Of a stretch of DNA of 49,016 bases, positions 48,877 to 49,016 are shown piece after piece. Numbering within the stretch: the first letter of the stretch is position 1; the number at the start of each line of letters is the position of its first letter. Source of the stretch: a virus; IMG/VR virus record IMGVR_UViG_3300045988_021641; one strand, written 5' to 3'. The position numbers and the translations under genes are program-made. The notes beneath the pieces are model-generated. The model was not told the origin of the DNA. It did not search any database and worked only from the letters and a program-made list of their open reading frames with translations.

Positions 48877-48912
48877 ACGCACAGCCGACTCAGTTGAGTC
48901 TCTGTGCGTTTA
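48877..48912 (-). terminator. Strong rho-independent terminator
   Basis: Nested hairpin ACGCACAG..GACTCA..TGAGTC..CTGTGCGT followed by T6 on the minus strand. It lies downstream of the (repeat-copy) transposase 3' end and upstream of the orphan HTH gene. Confidence 0.7.
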
Positions 48913-49016
48913 ATGATAACGGACGGCAAACCGTTTGTCAAGAGTAAATGCACAAAAAAGCAAAAATATTTTTTAGGAGGCCAGAATGAGGGCGATTTCT
49001 TCCCGGAAAAGCTGCT

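Noticed and set aside
1-49016. tRNA genes, rRNA, CRISPR arrays and tyrosine or serine integrases.
   Set aside because: The few intergenic gaps are short and explained by promoters, terminators or cos. No cloverleaf-like or repeat-spacer structure was noticed, and no recombinase signatures beyond the DDE transposase. A computational scan would still be needed to exclude tRNAs formally.

Overview
GC-rich window of about 49 kb that reads as a complete, densely packed tailed-phage genome (contractile-tail myovirus type, Firmicutes-like signals: strong GGAGG RBSs, ATGA/GTGA gene coupling). Nearly all genes are on the minus strand. The first 89 nt are identical to the last 89 nt, which fits a circular or terminally redundant assembly. 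Reading the minus strand from high to low coordinates, the modules are: (1) early and replication genes: IS30-like orphan HTH, small ORFs, DnaQ-like exonuclease, C5-methyltransferase, SleB-like hydrolase, Gam-like, ERF, SSB, replisome organizer, DnaC-like loader, RecU-like resolvase, MT-A70 methylase, MazG-like, ParB-methylase. (2) A sigma-like late regulator followed by a late promoter and a leader terminator. (3) A lambda-like packaging and head module: candidate cos, Nu1-like TerS, GpA TerL, gpW, lambda-type portal, ClpP-type protease, gpD-like decoration protein, gpE-like capsid. (4) A P2/Mu-like contractile tail and baseplate: sheath, tube, G/GT chaperone with a -1 slippery site, tape measure, LysM/X, D, V, W, J, I, fibres. 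(5) A diversity-generating retroelement (avd-TR-RT-target). (6) A lysis cassette (three small membrane proteins including an LL-H-type holin, plus an amidase-SH3 endolysin). (7) A lysogeny and accessory corner: divergent TM2-domain moron (the only credible plus-strand gene), two XRE-type regulators, and an IS30-family DDE transposase. The standout is the DGR: one 95-bp template repeat (8492..8586) matches two variable repeats. One lies in the adjacent tail-module target (6418..6512). The other lies about 38 kb away in a small early-region protein (46312..46388). In my hand alignment every TR/VR1 mismatch and all but one TR/VR2 mismatch fall at TR adenines. No tyrosine or serine integrase, tRNA or CRISPR array was seen. 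All functional calls rest on motif recognition by eye; no database search was possible.
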